DNA of 52,103 bases, filler included, from Sphacelaria rigidula (taxonomy: Eukaryota): assembly GCA_964200075.2 (NCBI GenBank). It is 3 parts of 3 records of this genome, joined end to end, with 100 filler letters (N's around TTAATTAATTAA, not from the genome) between each part and the next. Parts side by side here need not be neighbours in the genome. Positions count along the whole stretch, not along the records: positions 17,407 to 34,709 come from CAXNAA020001115.1; positions 34,810 to 52,103 come from CAXNAA020001116.1; 1 more part is not named here. One strand, given 5' to 3'. The notes beneath the pieces were generated by a model. That model ran no database searches and had not been told where the DNA came from. It saw nothing but the letters and a program-made list of their open reading frames with translations. The position numbers and the translations under genes were made by a program. Shown piece by piece: positions 24,250 through 34,967 of this stretch; within the stretch, counting starts at the first letter, position 1; each line of letters begins with the position of its first letter.

Positions 24250-26412
24250 TCAGTAGCGGAATGCGCCTCGCCCGTCATCTCGCCGGTGATCAAACTCCCT
24301 CCGATCATCCCTTCGATCTCTGTCTGCCCCACTCCTATAACCCCCGGCATACTGACCAAAGTGTTGTTGCCCCTCAGCGGCCATCTGTGCGTATCCTCCC
24401 ATCGGAACCGGTTGTCCAACCACGCCGCCGCCACCGTAACCACCACCGTACCCACCAGCGCCGCCTCCACCAACACCACCGCCGCGAACCCCATATTGTC
24501 CGTATCCGCCGGCTGGAGCTGGGCGATGGCCGCCTGTATAACCTCCCATTCTCCCTCCTCCGGGTCCACCCCCGTAGCCAGGGCCCATGCCGTAGCCACC
24601 ACCGTAGCCGCGGCCACCTCCCCCGCCTCTACCAGGAGGTCCGCCGTAGCCTGCACCCCGAGAAGCACCCGCACCAGTTCCCGATGCTGCACCGATCTGC
24701 TGGAGAACGTCTTCTTTGCTGGTCGCAAATACCTCCACGTAGCGGTCCATCATGCTTTCTCGGTTGCGAGACATGGCACTCTGGCAGTCCTCCAGTGAAC
24801 CAAACTCCACGAAACCTTCACCCGTAGGACGTGCCAATACGTCCTTGCAGATGAAACTGCCGATCACGGTGAGACCGTTGAAGAAGCTGAAGATGTTGTT
24901 CTCGGTTACATTAAAGGGCAACCCCTTCAGCTTCACGCAAGTCATGGGTTCCTTTGCGTACAGCGCACCGCCGCGCTCCATTCCCAAGAGAGTACTGCGC
25001 ACCGTTGCGGTGTACAGATCTCCCTTCGTAGCGCGGAAGAGCTCAATCCAGCGATCCTTTATCTTTTCCTTGTCCAAAGCTTTGAATGCGCGCTCAGCCT
25101 CGGCTTCAGACTCAAACAGCACGAAAGCCTCTCCAGTTGGACGCCAATCGGCCCCGTTGACAACAAACACGCCGTGCTCTTGTATTTTGTAGCCGCGGAA
25201 AAACGTACGGATATCCTCGACACCACCAGAGAACGGGATGCCACGCAAGCGCAGCACACCGCGGAATTCGGCATCTGGCTTCGCTGCCATCTTCACTCCA
25301 GCTCCCACTCGCTGGTAGAGAGCACCCTTGTTGGTAGCGAAAAGATCGATCCACCGCTCCCCCAGCTTCTCCTTGTCTTTGGTGAGAGCCCGCTCTGCGT
25401 CTGCCTCCGAGTCGAAGAGCACAAACGCTTCCCCGGAGGCTTTGCCGTCGGGCCTGGTGACGATGAAGATGTTTGAGTCCTTGACAGGGATGTCACCGAA
25501 GAAGTTCTGGATTTGGCGCTTGGTTGCCTCGAAAGGTAGTCCCCGCATGCGCACTACACCCGTGTAGGCGCTGTCTCCCGTGTCAAATGTCACACCGGTC
25601 TGGTCTGGCTGCTTGCCTGCCCCGGTCATGGAGTACACCTCCCCCTTCGTTGCCTCAAAAATGTCTATCCAGCGCTCGCCAATCTTCTCCTTGTCCCGCT
25701 TGAGTGCGCTCTTAGCATCTTCCTCCGTCTCGAACACCACATACGCCTCCCCTGATGGCCTTCCTTCCCGATTGAGAGTGATGTGGATACCGTCCTTTTC
25801 GATGGGAATTCCCTGAAAAAACAGTCGAATATCTGACTCGTTTGCACTCCATGGCAAACCTCGCATACGAACAACGCCTCGGTAGTCCCCGTCAGCGTGT
25901 CCCCTGTTGTGGGCGTCCTCCAGAGCTTGTGCTGCGTCCGCTATCGAACTGCGGAACACCTCGATGTACCGGCGTCCGAGCATATCACGGTCCTTCTTGA
26001 GCGCCGCTTCCATGTCCGCCTCTTTTCTGAACTTCACGTACGCCTCTCCACGGGTATTGTGCACGACGTTGATGGCGTCGTCGTCCACATCGATTGGTGA
26101 TAAGAACTCAGCTACATCTTTGGTGCCGGCGTTCCACGGCAATCCTCGGAGGTGGACGACGTACCAGTCACCCGCTTTACCGTAGTCCGTTGACCCGTTG
26201 CCATCCCCCTTTTGCCTTTTCGAGCCCCTCTCGCGGCCAGGAGAGCTCCTGTTATCCGTGTCAGCTCCGCTTCCTCCACGGCTGCTGCCCGTTACGTCTG
26301 AGGGATCATCGTCTTTGCGCTGTCGTTTCGAATTTGTGTCTGGATCAACATCCCCACCGTCGCGTGCTTTATGCTTATCCTGGCCGTTCGTGTGGTGGCC
26401 GATGTCTGACAT
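24250..26412 (-). CDS. hnRNP F/H / ESRP / RBM12-family RNA-binding protein with five quasi-RRM domains and a Gly/Tyr/RGG-rich C-terminal tail (720 aa, single-exon CDS)
   Basis: Uninterrupted ATG-to-TGA ORF. Five repeats of the qRRM signature (HLRGLPW, RMRGLPW, RMRGLPF, RLRGIPF, KLKGLPF), each followed by GEA/GEG-[YF]V and R[YW][IV][ED][VIL]F. Basic N-terminal NLS-like motifs (KRQRK, KRQK). Confidence 0.93.
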   Translation of the reverse strand: MSDIGHHTNGQDKHKARDGGDVDPDTNSKRQRKDDDPSDVTGSSRGGSGADTDNRSSPGRERGSKRQKGDGNGSTDYGKAGDWYVVHLRGLPWNAGTKDVAEFLSPIDVDDDAINVVHNTRGEAYVKFRKEADMEAALKKDRDMLGRRYIEVFRSSIADAAQALEDAHNRGHADGDYRGVVRMRGLPWSANESDIRLFFQGIPIEKDGIHITLNREGRPSGEAYVVFETEEDAKSALKRDKEKIGERWIDIFEATKGEVYSMTGAGKQPDQTGVTFDTGDSAYTGVVRMRGLPFEATKRQIQNFFGDIPVKDSNIFIVTRPDGKASGEAFVLFDSEADAERALTKDKEKLGERWIDLFATNKGALYQRVGAGVKMAAKPDAEFRGVLRLRGIPFSGGVEDIRTFFRGYKIQEHGVFVVNGADWRPTGEAFVLFESEAEAERAFKALDKEKIKDRWIELFRATKGDLYTATVRSTLLGMERGGALYAKEPMTCVKLKGLPFNVTENNIFSFFNGLTVIGSFICKDVLARPTGEGFVEFGSLEDCQSAMSRNRESMMDRYVEVFATSKEDVLQQIGAASGTGAGASRGAGYGGPPGRGGGGGRGYGGGYGMGPGYGGGPGGGRMGGYTGGHRPAPAGGYGQYGVRGGGVGGGGAGGYGGGYGGGGVVGQPVPMGGYAQMAAEGQQHFGQYAGGYRSGADRDRRDDRREFDHRRDDGRGAFRY

Positions 26413-26916
26413 TTTGGCAAAACAAACCTGCCCACATCATTTCGTGCAGGAAGAGGGCGATTATTACTCTCAAAAGGTGAACAAGAAACAAACTTTTGCC
26501 TTCTCTTTAGGTGCAAGCCGGATACTCTGCCGACTGTACAACAACCTGCTCTTTCGATGCTGCCCTCCTGGTCCCGGGCCCCACAACACCTCACACAACA
26601 ATCTTCTCCAGAAAATATACACGAGATACCTTCGATTCTCTCTCAAAGGCTTGCAGTTTTTAAGCTTTCGGGACAACTCACCACAGTAGTAGCCTCCAAA
26701 TAAAGAGCAAGCACAGATGTTGTCGGTACACCTTGTAAGGTTTCGTGTTCCACGCGGTACTTGGCAATCCCCGCCAAAACCAGGCGCTGTCAGTGTTTCC
26801 CACAACGCTGGAAAACGACATTTCAACGTCGTAGACTTTAGAAAATGATCAGAAAATGAGCTTGCCATTTGACAACCAAATTTCACACCAAACAGCTAAC
26901 GGCAAAGGAAAGAGAC
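26413..26916. promoter_or_regulatory. Putative bidirectional promoter region between divergent qRRM and PIG-W genes, with a probable 5'UTR intron of the qRRM gene (26428-26629)
   Basis: Only 504 bp separate the two start codons. On the minus strand there is an AAG|GTATCT donor at 26629 and a CAG acceptor at 26428, 15 nt upstream of the ATG. Confidence 0.55.
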
Positions 26917-29896
26917 ATGGTCGATGATGTGGGTGCTTACCGACTACGGATGGAGGCATCGGTGTCGGGTTTGACAGGCACTTCCATGACCGAAATTTTG
27001 TTGGTGTCGATTCCAATACCCTTAGGAGTATGGATTCTTGCGGAGGCAAAGGTACGACAGCTGTGATTTCCCAGTGTTGCTGAGTCTCGTACCACTGTTA
27101 CCAGTGGATAGTACCGTTTGTTCAGTACGCGCAGCAACAGCAGTACTTTTCTCTGCTCGTCGGATAGACAAACAGTTCGATGAGAAACCTTGTACGAGTA
27201 TGACTATTTTTACTTCGCACTTTACTGTAGAACATGTAGCACCCAGCGCAACATTTTGGATGCCTGGCTTGTGCCTGCTATCGTAGTAGCTAGATCAAAA
27301 TACTTGCGCTGCCCGTCTGTCTCGTTCTGCGTCGTTTCATTATTGCCACGTGCCTCAGGCGCTTGCAGCTATGCACTGCGGCCGCAAAGCAACTTCAAAG
27401 GTGGATATGCACATGGGTTTGCCAGATTTCATGACAGAAGTGCTCCTCGTGGTGCTCCCTGCTCTCGCCTCGATAGTTTGGACGTCGTTGATTCCAGTTA
27501 TTTTGACTTCTATGATCATTACAGGTGAGGAGTTGTGCAGCGAAAATGGCAACGGGTTGCTTTGTCCTTCGCTGAAATTAGCTGAAATTGGACAGCGGTA
27601 GCTCCCACGCGCTCGGGCTGCTCAGTAAACATGGTGCATGAACCGACGTCCGAAAAGAGACTCTGTTGTGGGATCATCGTGCTGCAGGTATCTGCTGCCG
27701 GATGGTGCTGCGCACGCGGTCTAGGGCAGCTTGCCCCACCTCTGGAGCGGTGCTGGCAACGAGGACATTCGATGAAGTGTGGGGGGGCAATGGCTTTACT
27801 TGCCCTAGGCCAGATGCAGTGACGCATTTGCGTGCGAGCATCATGGTGATGACCTGTATCACGATCTTGGCGGTGGATTTCGAGGTACAAGTGCTACTTC
27901 CTGTGTGTTGCCTCTCTAACGCGCAAAGATCAAATATGTGACGGTGACATTTCAACGCATGTGGGAATGACATGTGGTGACATCGAAGACTCGCTGCTGA
28001 AATGCATGGAAGATTAGGTCGCACGGCCGACCGGTGCTGGTTGTTGTTTCCGCTAGTTGGAGAGATCCGCCTATCTCCCTATCAAGTACAAACTGCTTCA
28101 TCTACCCTCTGATACAACTGCTGCGGTGTAGGTGTTTCCGCGCCGCTTCGCTAAAACGGAGGAGTTTGGAACCGGCCTCATGGACCTGGGCGTCGGAGCG
28201 GTAGTTTTCGCAAGGTGTGGCACGCGGATGTGACGACAACACCTAGCACACTATACCGTGCTTGCCGTATTCTGACCCCTGGCCCTAAAGTTCAACACCT
28301 CGTGTATTTTCTGTCGGCCTTGTATGCAATTGTTCTCAACAGTGGATTGGCGTCTGGATGCAAGGCCAGGCGGCAAGGAGTGAACAAGTCGTCGTCACGG
28401 CCATCCTTGCTCTTGGTGGAGCTCGCATCAGTATCAGTTCGTTCTTGGCCAATTGCGGCCCTCGGTGTTTCCCGATTGGTGGTCATTAAGGGGCTTGGCT
28501 ATCAGGAACACGTATCGGAATACGGCGTGCACTGGAATTTCTTTGCTACCCTGTTCAGCCTACGCTTGATCGTCGTGGCGTTGTCTCGATTGCGCCTTGC
28601 ACGTGTTAGACTCTTCCTGGCACTCGCAGCTCTGGGTGTTTATCAGTGCATGCTGCTGGGCGATCTGCGAACGTTCATTGTTGATGCGCCCAGGCTCACC
28701 CTTTTTTCCATGAACCGTGAAGGGGTTCTGGGCCTGGTCGGCTTTGTGGCCATCTACTACATAGCTGATGAGTTGGGAAAATGGCTAAGCGGACATCTGC
28801 GCAAGGTTACCGAGGTGGGTACAAGATGGCCTGCTAGTTTAGCGTTGCCAGACATACCGTCGGGAAGGTAGTGCCAGAACACATGCATACTTGTGAGGAT
28901 TCACCCTTGCTGCCTGTATAAGTGCGCTCAACATCACACTCGGCAGCCCCGTTCTTTCATCTGTTTTCTTCAGGAACCTGGAAATGAACGCTCCGCGCCG
29001 CTCCTGATGCCTATTCTGTTGGGCTCCGATATTGTGCTCTGGATATGCACATGGCTGAGTAACGAGGTTGTGCAACGCACTTCCAGGCAAGTTCGACTTC
29101 AATTAGACAAGGGGGGTCACATTCTGTGACCTCACCTGTGGAGTTCAACCAGCCAACTAGCTGCAGCTTGTTTCTAATGCAGGACCCAAGATGCTGCATT
29201 CTTGTAGGGTTTTCAGAGCTTAGTTGGTGCTTGTAAACATCGGCGTATTCAATATGGGCACCGTTATGTGTGTTTGCATGATGTAGGTGCAGGCTAGCTC
29301 AGTGCGCAACCCCAATGCGCAGTAATATGGCGCGTGACCAAACAATCTCAAAATGCCATCTATTTATCCATGTTCATTTCGGTTACTCTTCAGGCGAATG
29401 ATGAACCTGACGTACGTTTTGTGGGTCAGCGCTCACTTGACCTTCATGCTCATAGTGCTCATTGCGGTTGAAATGGTCAGGTGAGAGTTGTGGGGGCTTC
29501 CACGTTTCATGGAAGTTTGGCAAACCTCTATGTATACAGTTGCTTGATCTTCGTCGAGGCCATCTATTATTTTTGCCAGATGCGAAGCGTTGTTTCTTAC
29601 CTAAGATGTAGACGACCACGGATTTACTCGATGTTGACAATTTATTCACCCTCAACGATCCCCCTCCTTCGCGTTGCAGCTCGAAACCACCGAGGTCACA
29701 AGTGCTAGCGGCGGTAAATCGTAACATGTTCCCGGTATTCATGGCGGCGAATATTGCCACGGGGGCTGTCAACATCTCCATGAGAACGTTGGACGCCGCT
29801 CCTTGGGCAGCCGTCGCCACTTTGTCGGTTTATGTCACGTTTTTCACAGGATTTGCTGTGATTTTGGCAAACCGGGGTATAGTCGTCAAGGTGTAG
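26917..29896 (+). CDS. PIGW: GPI-anchor inositol acyltransferase PIG-W/GWT1, complete, 8 exons
   Basis: Exons 26917-27051, 27359-27524, 27688-27884, 28132-28214, 28343-28814, 28974-29086, 29394-29480, 29680-29896 with consistent phases. GWT1 motifs: [92 protein letters not shown]. Confidence 0.95.
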
Positions 29897-30446
29897 GCTG
29901 CAGGTAATCCTAGCCGCTGCACTTTGCGGGACCTAGTTCCTATTTTCGGGGGGATGAAGCAAAAGCTCAAGAATGGCTCTCTAACCTGATATTTGAAACC
30001 AGCGGCACTTTTTGGTCCGTAGCAAGGGTGATTTGGGGCAAACGGCGGAAAAGGTGGAGTATGTGTTTGGAATAGGCTACTTTCTGGCTTATTTCTGATT
30101 GCATACTTGTGAGAGGATATTTTTTACTTAAAAGGAGTGTAGCTGTGCTGTACACTACCGGATAACGGAACACTCTTGATTATCGCATGAACGTTGGTAT
30201 TGCACTTCCAATCCCCTCCTTGCTGGGCAAACGCCCGCGGTCTTGGAGGAATTTTCTCATCCGCCTCTCCTCCGGTACCTACCTTGCACTCTGTCGTAGA
30301 GCATTGGATCAGACCTTGATCGTTTTGCGAACTCAACTCTCGCTTTCACGTTCTCGGAGGACGAAAACCATAAGAAAAGAAGAAGAAAAGACGAAACTTG
30401 GGATCGAGCAAATCAAATCCGCTGAGCCATCTAGATGACGCTTAGC

Positions 30447-30948
30447 CTAGTCTAAGAAGATGTCTACGAAACAAGATGAAACCTTTCTCCTTTTGTAAAT
30501 CACAATTTCCCTCTACCCTAAATGGCGGTCAGATCACGAACACTCGAACACTCGGTGCAAGCGCGCGCCGGCACCTTTAGAGAGGTTTTGTTTTGTCGGC
30601 AAACTGTTTGTCGCCGTGAAATGCACGTTTCCTGGCAAACCTGTATTGAGGGTGTCCGCCTACTTGTACCTTGTGCATGGTGGAAGTGCATGTCGGCAAT
30701 AAATGATTTGTAGCCGATGAAACCACGCGACCACTCAACGGCGGCGGCAACATTCGCACAGAGTAACAGGAGAACCTGCCCAACGAGTTTCTCCAGATGA
30801 GTGAGTCTTGACCCCAAAACACAGTTTCCGTACCCAAACTAATGGTGCCCAATTACTTTTCTTGTCGGCTAGACGCCCGTCAATCGCATACTGTGGGCTT
30901 CTAGAGTCGGTAGAAGGCGCTGAAACAGCTTCCATGCGATCGAGGGTC
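30447..30948 (-). CDS. Possible 3' exons of an unidentified gene convergent with PIG-W
   Basis: Candidate GT-AG exons at about 30891-30948, 30669-30806 and 30447-30463 can be spliced in frame (TLDRMEAV...LTHLEKLVGQVLLLL...FIADMHFHHAQDIFLD*). An alternative frame is also open, no family was recognised, and boundaries are approximate. Confidence 0.3.
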
Positions 30949-31472
30949 TATAGGCCGGCCAGAAAAGCCACCGAGCAGAACGAGGGCAAGATCATTTCTA
31001 CGAGAAAAAAACTGTTGTGTGGTTGAGATCCACGTTTCATGACTGAAACTAGATCTGCATTTATGGCTGGCTGTTGACTATTGGATGGGTTTCTATGATT
31101 CGATCGCTACTCAGGTGCAAGTTGCGAGAACGCGTCATATCCTTCTGAGCCCATTCTCTAACCGACGGCACGGAAACGCACCTAATGTATCGGGACCACT
31201 ATGAACCCTGATCTATTGTCCAAGGCATGGTTTAGTTTGGCCAAAATAAAATTGTGCCAACCGGACGACGTGAAAGAACCACAGGATCCTCTTGGAACAG
31301 CGTAGTATATCACTTCGAGGTATCAATCCGCGTGGCCCTCTGCGGAAAATGCGGCGAGCTAACTAGAAAGACATTGTTGTAAGACCTCATCTTCTCGGAC
31401 CATAAGAAGCATTATAATACTTGTAAATTGGGCACATAACAACTCAACAACCCTCTAGTCCTAACAAAATTT

Positions 31473-32146
31473 CAAGGGCAGGTCGAGTAGAGTATACTTA
31501 ATTCTCGGTATTTTTCAAAAGTCATACTTTCAGTACCCAAAATTTGAGTCGAGTATTGAGGTCATACTCGAATGATACTCTATATTCAAGTATTACTGAG
31601 AGTTCCTGCTCAAAAATTGAGTAGGGTATTTGAAGTCGTACTCAATAAAGCCGGTCGCCCTAGTGGCTCAGTTGGTAACCTCGAAACCTTCTGACGGTTG
31701 AGTCGTGGGTTCAAATATCAAAGCGACCTGGGATTTTTTCTCTAACCATACACAACAGTGTAGAGCGCCTGTGTCGTGGGTAAAAAAAATGCGGCTCAAC
31801 GATCGACGAGGGGAAAAGAGTGCTGAGCCCCTCTCGCGATGAAAATAAAAGGCAAGCACCGCAGAAGGAAGGTAGGATACCCAAAACAAAAACAAGAAAA
31901 CTCCTGTGCTGACCTTCCTCCCGTATGACCCAGGCTGGTGCGGCCACAAATACCGAAAGGTGTAGACCGGCGTCCAATATAGATGGGACGCGTCACACAC
32001 GCACTCAATCTACCCAAAAAATGAGTGTAGTGTTTAAGGCCATACTCAATCTACACAAAATTTGAGTACATTATTTGAGATCACACTCAATCTACCCGAA
32101 ATTTGGGTCGAGTATCTGAGGCCGGGCCCAATGTACCAAAACCTTG
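31473..32146. mobile_element. CAAGG...CCTTG-bounded element made of degenerate tandem units of about 40 bp, interrupted by a SINE
   Basis: The unit tactcaatctacccaaaa(a/t)ttgagt....tatttgaggtca is repeated on both sides of the SINE. The ends are caagg (31473) and ccttg (32146). Confidence 0.6.
31650..32004 (+). mobile_element. tRNA-derived SINE, full-length copy
   Basis: A box tggctcagttgg and B-box-like ggttcaaatatc. Body collinear with 15808-16176, 3' gcgtcc..ggacgc stem-loop and acacacgcac tail. The motif actcaat lies on both sides (possible target-site duplication). Confidence 0.85.
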
Positions 32147-33732
32147 GGTATAACTTCGGTACTATTTTGGGGCCAGGTCTATCACTCCTGACCCCGTCGC
32201 GCCTCCGTTTGTCCCTTCCCCTTGCGACTGTTCCGATGTTCCCGCATCTTGTACTGTTTCCACCGGTGGGTTCATATGGAAGAGTCAGATCGATGTGCGG
32301 CCCGTAGAGTCGCTCATTTTGACGATACCGCCTATCCGACTACCCGCCTACCTGATTACGCAACGATGATGTGTAGCGCTCTGTACTGAAATCAATATCG
32401 CAGAGGTCTCGAGGTATGACGTATGTACTGCCATGGGTGAGGGCAGGTGAGCTGGGGTAGGTGGGTTCATTCCAGCGCTTTTTACGGTACACGTCACACG
32501 TACATTACACGTCACACGGGTGTGACGTGACATAATGTATGTTTTTCGAAGACTTCACAAATGTGATGTGACGTGACGTATTCCTTTGAGGCCCTTAGGG
32601 CTGAAAAGGCTTTGGCTGGACCGAAATTCAAAAAGTGTCTGTCCGTCCGGACCTCGTTAGGAAGCTCCGAACGACGCACTTTTCCCCCCGAAATGATTCG
32701 AAGCCACGCTGCGCGAAAAAAATATCTCATCGCTCTTCTAACATCAGTCGAGACGCCCTCAACAAGTTTCAGCTTCATTGGTGCTCATGGCGTTGTGTTT
32801 CGCTTCTGTCTCTGGGCACACTCGAGTACACCCCCATTTCGATCCCTCATGACCAGAGCGAGTCTTGATTGAACCTCTCAGACTTGACTGTCGCAAATTT
32901 AATAGAGGCACTTTTGGAGGTTGGAGGCATCACACGCAGTAACCGGCTCTCCGAATCACTTTAAATACCCTCAAGAAGGTTCAGCTTCATTGCTGCTTTC
33001 TTCGTTATCTTCGCTTGTGCGTGCCAACGCCGTCCGTGGCTAAAGTGGAGGCGGTGTTAAAGTACGTGATCGAGGTATCGGCCGTCGGGCACGCGATTGA
33101 TCTAAACTAATCTCGGTTTCCATGTCGACAAACGGCGAGCGTGCGGGTTGCCCTCATCGAAGAGTACGAGGGTGGTAAAGGCGTTCACTCTTCGCTACCA
33201 ACCCTAGTACGAGCGAACTCAAATCGGGTCGTCACGTCGTGAAGCTTTGCCCGGAGAGCGGATAGGTCAGATAACAAGGATGGACCGACCAGAAAATCGG
33301 CAAGAAGGTGAGCCTGGCTGTAGTCAAAATCCGCAAGGAGTTCGCATCTACTATTGCCATCGCTGTCTGTGTTGGTCTCTCTCCTGTGCTTCCTGCTCCG
33401 CCTCTTCTCAGTATACAGGCGTGTAATGTGTACTGAGGGTACCTTCCCTCTGGTGCATATTTGACGTCGGCAAACCAAGGCAAGGCGTCTGGGTCTGCTG
33501 TTGTTGCTGTGTCCTACTATGTGTTGCTGTCTCTCCCTTCCTCTCATTCTCCTGGCTTCCCTCTTCGAAGCCTACAGCCAATTGTGTGTATTGTATGCTG
33601 AGTGTGCTCTCCCACTGTACTGTATGTGTGTCCATTACAAACACGGAGGAGAAGCCGGAGGTGCTTCGTTGAGAACAGTGAACGAAAGTGTACTGTACTG
33701 TCTTATTGTACTGCACTGTCTGTAGATTTCTA

Positions 33733-33935
33733 GGGTCGGACGAATTGATGATTCATCTGGAAATTGCTTGATTTTAGTGCGATTGATTCGTACGGTACGA
33801 ATCAATCGTTAGGCTTTGTTTTCAGCGTTGCAAGCCAGGCACGCGCAGCCCAGGCACGCGAAAGGGCGCAAAAGTTGCGTAGAGACCTGTTGGACCAGCG
33901 GTCGACTTTTTTCTCTCCTTTGAGCAATCAGGCCT
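33733..33935 (+). mobile_element. Dispersed repeat family, copy 2 (homologous to 8928-9130)
   Basis: Collinear similarity over about 200 bp to 8928-9130. Confidence 0.75.
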
Positions 33936-34709
33936 AATAAATAGGCCTTCGCTTTTTATGCGCGCATATAGTTTCGCATAAAACGGGGTTTTGCGCATAA
34001 GCATATGCGTTTTTTGGAAAACATATGTTTTTGGAGATTTCAGCATAACGAAGGCGTAAAAGCTAAGTTTTACGCATAACTTGGCGCATTTATAGTACTC
34101 CAACGGGATTATGCACCCCGTGTCCCATGTCCAGCAACTAGTAGCTGCCCACGGGTGCTCCATGTGGCGTGGTTCGTGTAGTCGTAGCATTTGTGTTCGT
34201 AATTTTGTTTTCGAACTTTTTAGCGGGTCTGATATCGGTTGTGGTGCTGCATTTGAGCTGCTCTATGTCTATGTGAACCTGAGGAAAAATACATGGGTCA
34301 TACTTCACATTAAACAGCGGCTCCCGCCACAACGTCATACACCAAACGGCCAAACAGTCCAATCCACAACTGTACAGTGTACAGCGCACAGTGCACAGTG
34401 CACAGTTCACCGACAGTACAGCAGTGAGCGCTACACTAATATGGCAGAGCAGACAGAGGTCGAGGTGACCGAGGTGCGGACTTCCGCGCCCAGCAGCGCG
34501 ACGCGGAGGAGACCGCTGACGAGCACAGGGCTAGAGAAAAAGCACGCAACTTTTTTTTATTATTTATTTTTATTTTCCTAATTTTTATATACAGGCTGGG
34601 CCAGCAGTAAGTGCCGCATTTGCATCTCCAACCATAACTTGTCAAGTTTACCAAGTTAGCTCAACTTGAGCATATCGCTGTGAACTGCACACCAACCTGG
34701 TAATGCACG

Positions 34710-34809
34710 NNNNNNNNNNNNNNNNNNNNNNNNNNNNNNNNNNNNNNNNNNNNTTAATTAATTAANNNNNNNNNNNNNNNNNNNNNNNNNNNNNNNNNNN
34801 NNNNNNNNN
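34710..34809. other. Artificial contig linker (N44-TTAATTAATTAA-N44)
   Basis: Identical 100-nt design to 17307-17406; spacer at 34754-34765. Confidence 0.97.
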
Positions 34810-34967
34810 CCCCCCCCCCCCCCGGGTCCCCCCGCAAAAAGGGGGGGGGGGTAAGGGGCAAACCCCAAAAGAAAAAAAAAAAAGGGGACCCCCCCCCCCC
34901 CCCCCCCCTCCTGTGCATTTCCCAAGCGCATGCATTGTTCTTTCGTTGGGTGTTCCCGTTAGCCCAC

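Noticed and set aside
23949..26689. Long plus-strand and alternative-frame ORFs overlapping the qRRM gene (e.g. 292 aa at 23949-24827)
   Set aside because: These are shadow ORFs from GC-rich, Gly-rich codons, with no recognisable domains.
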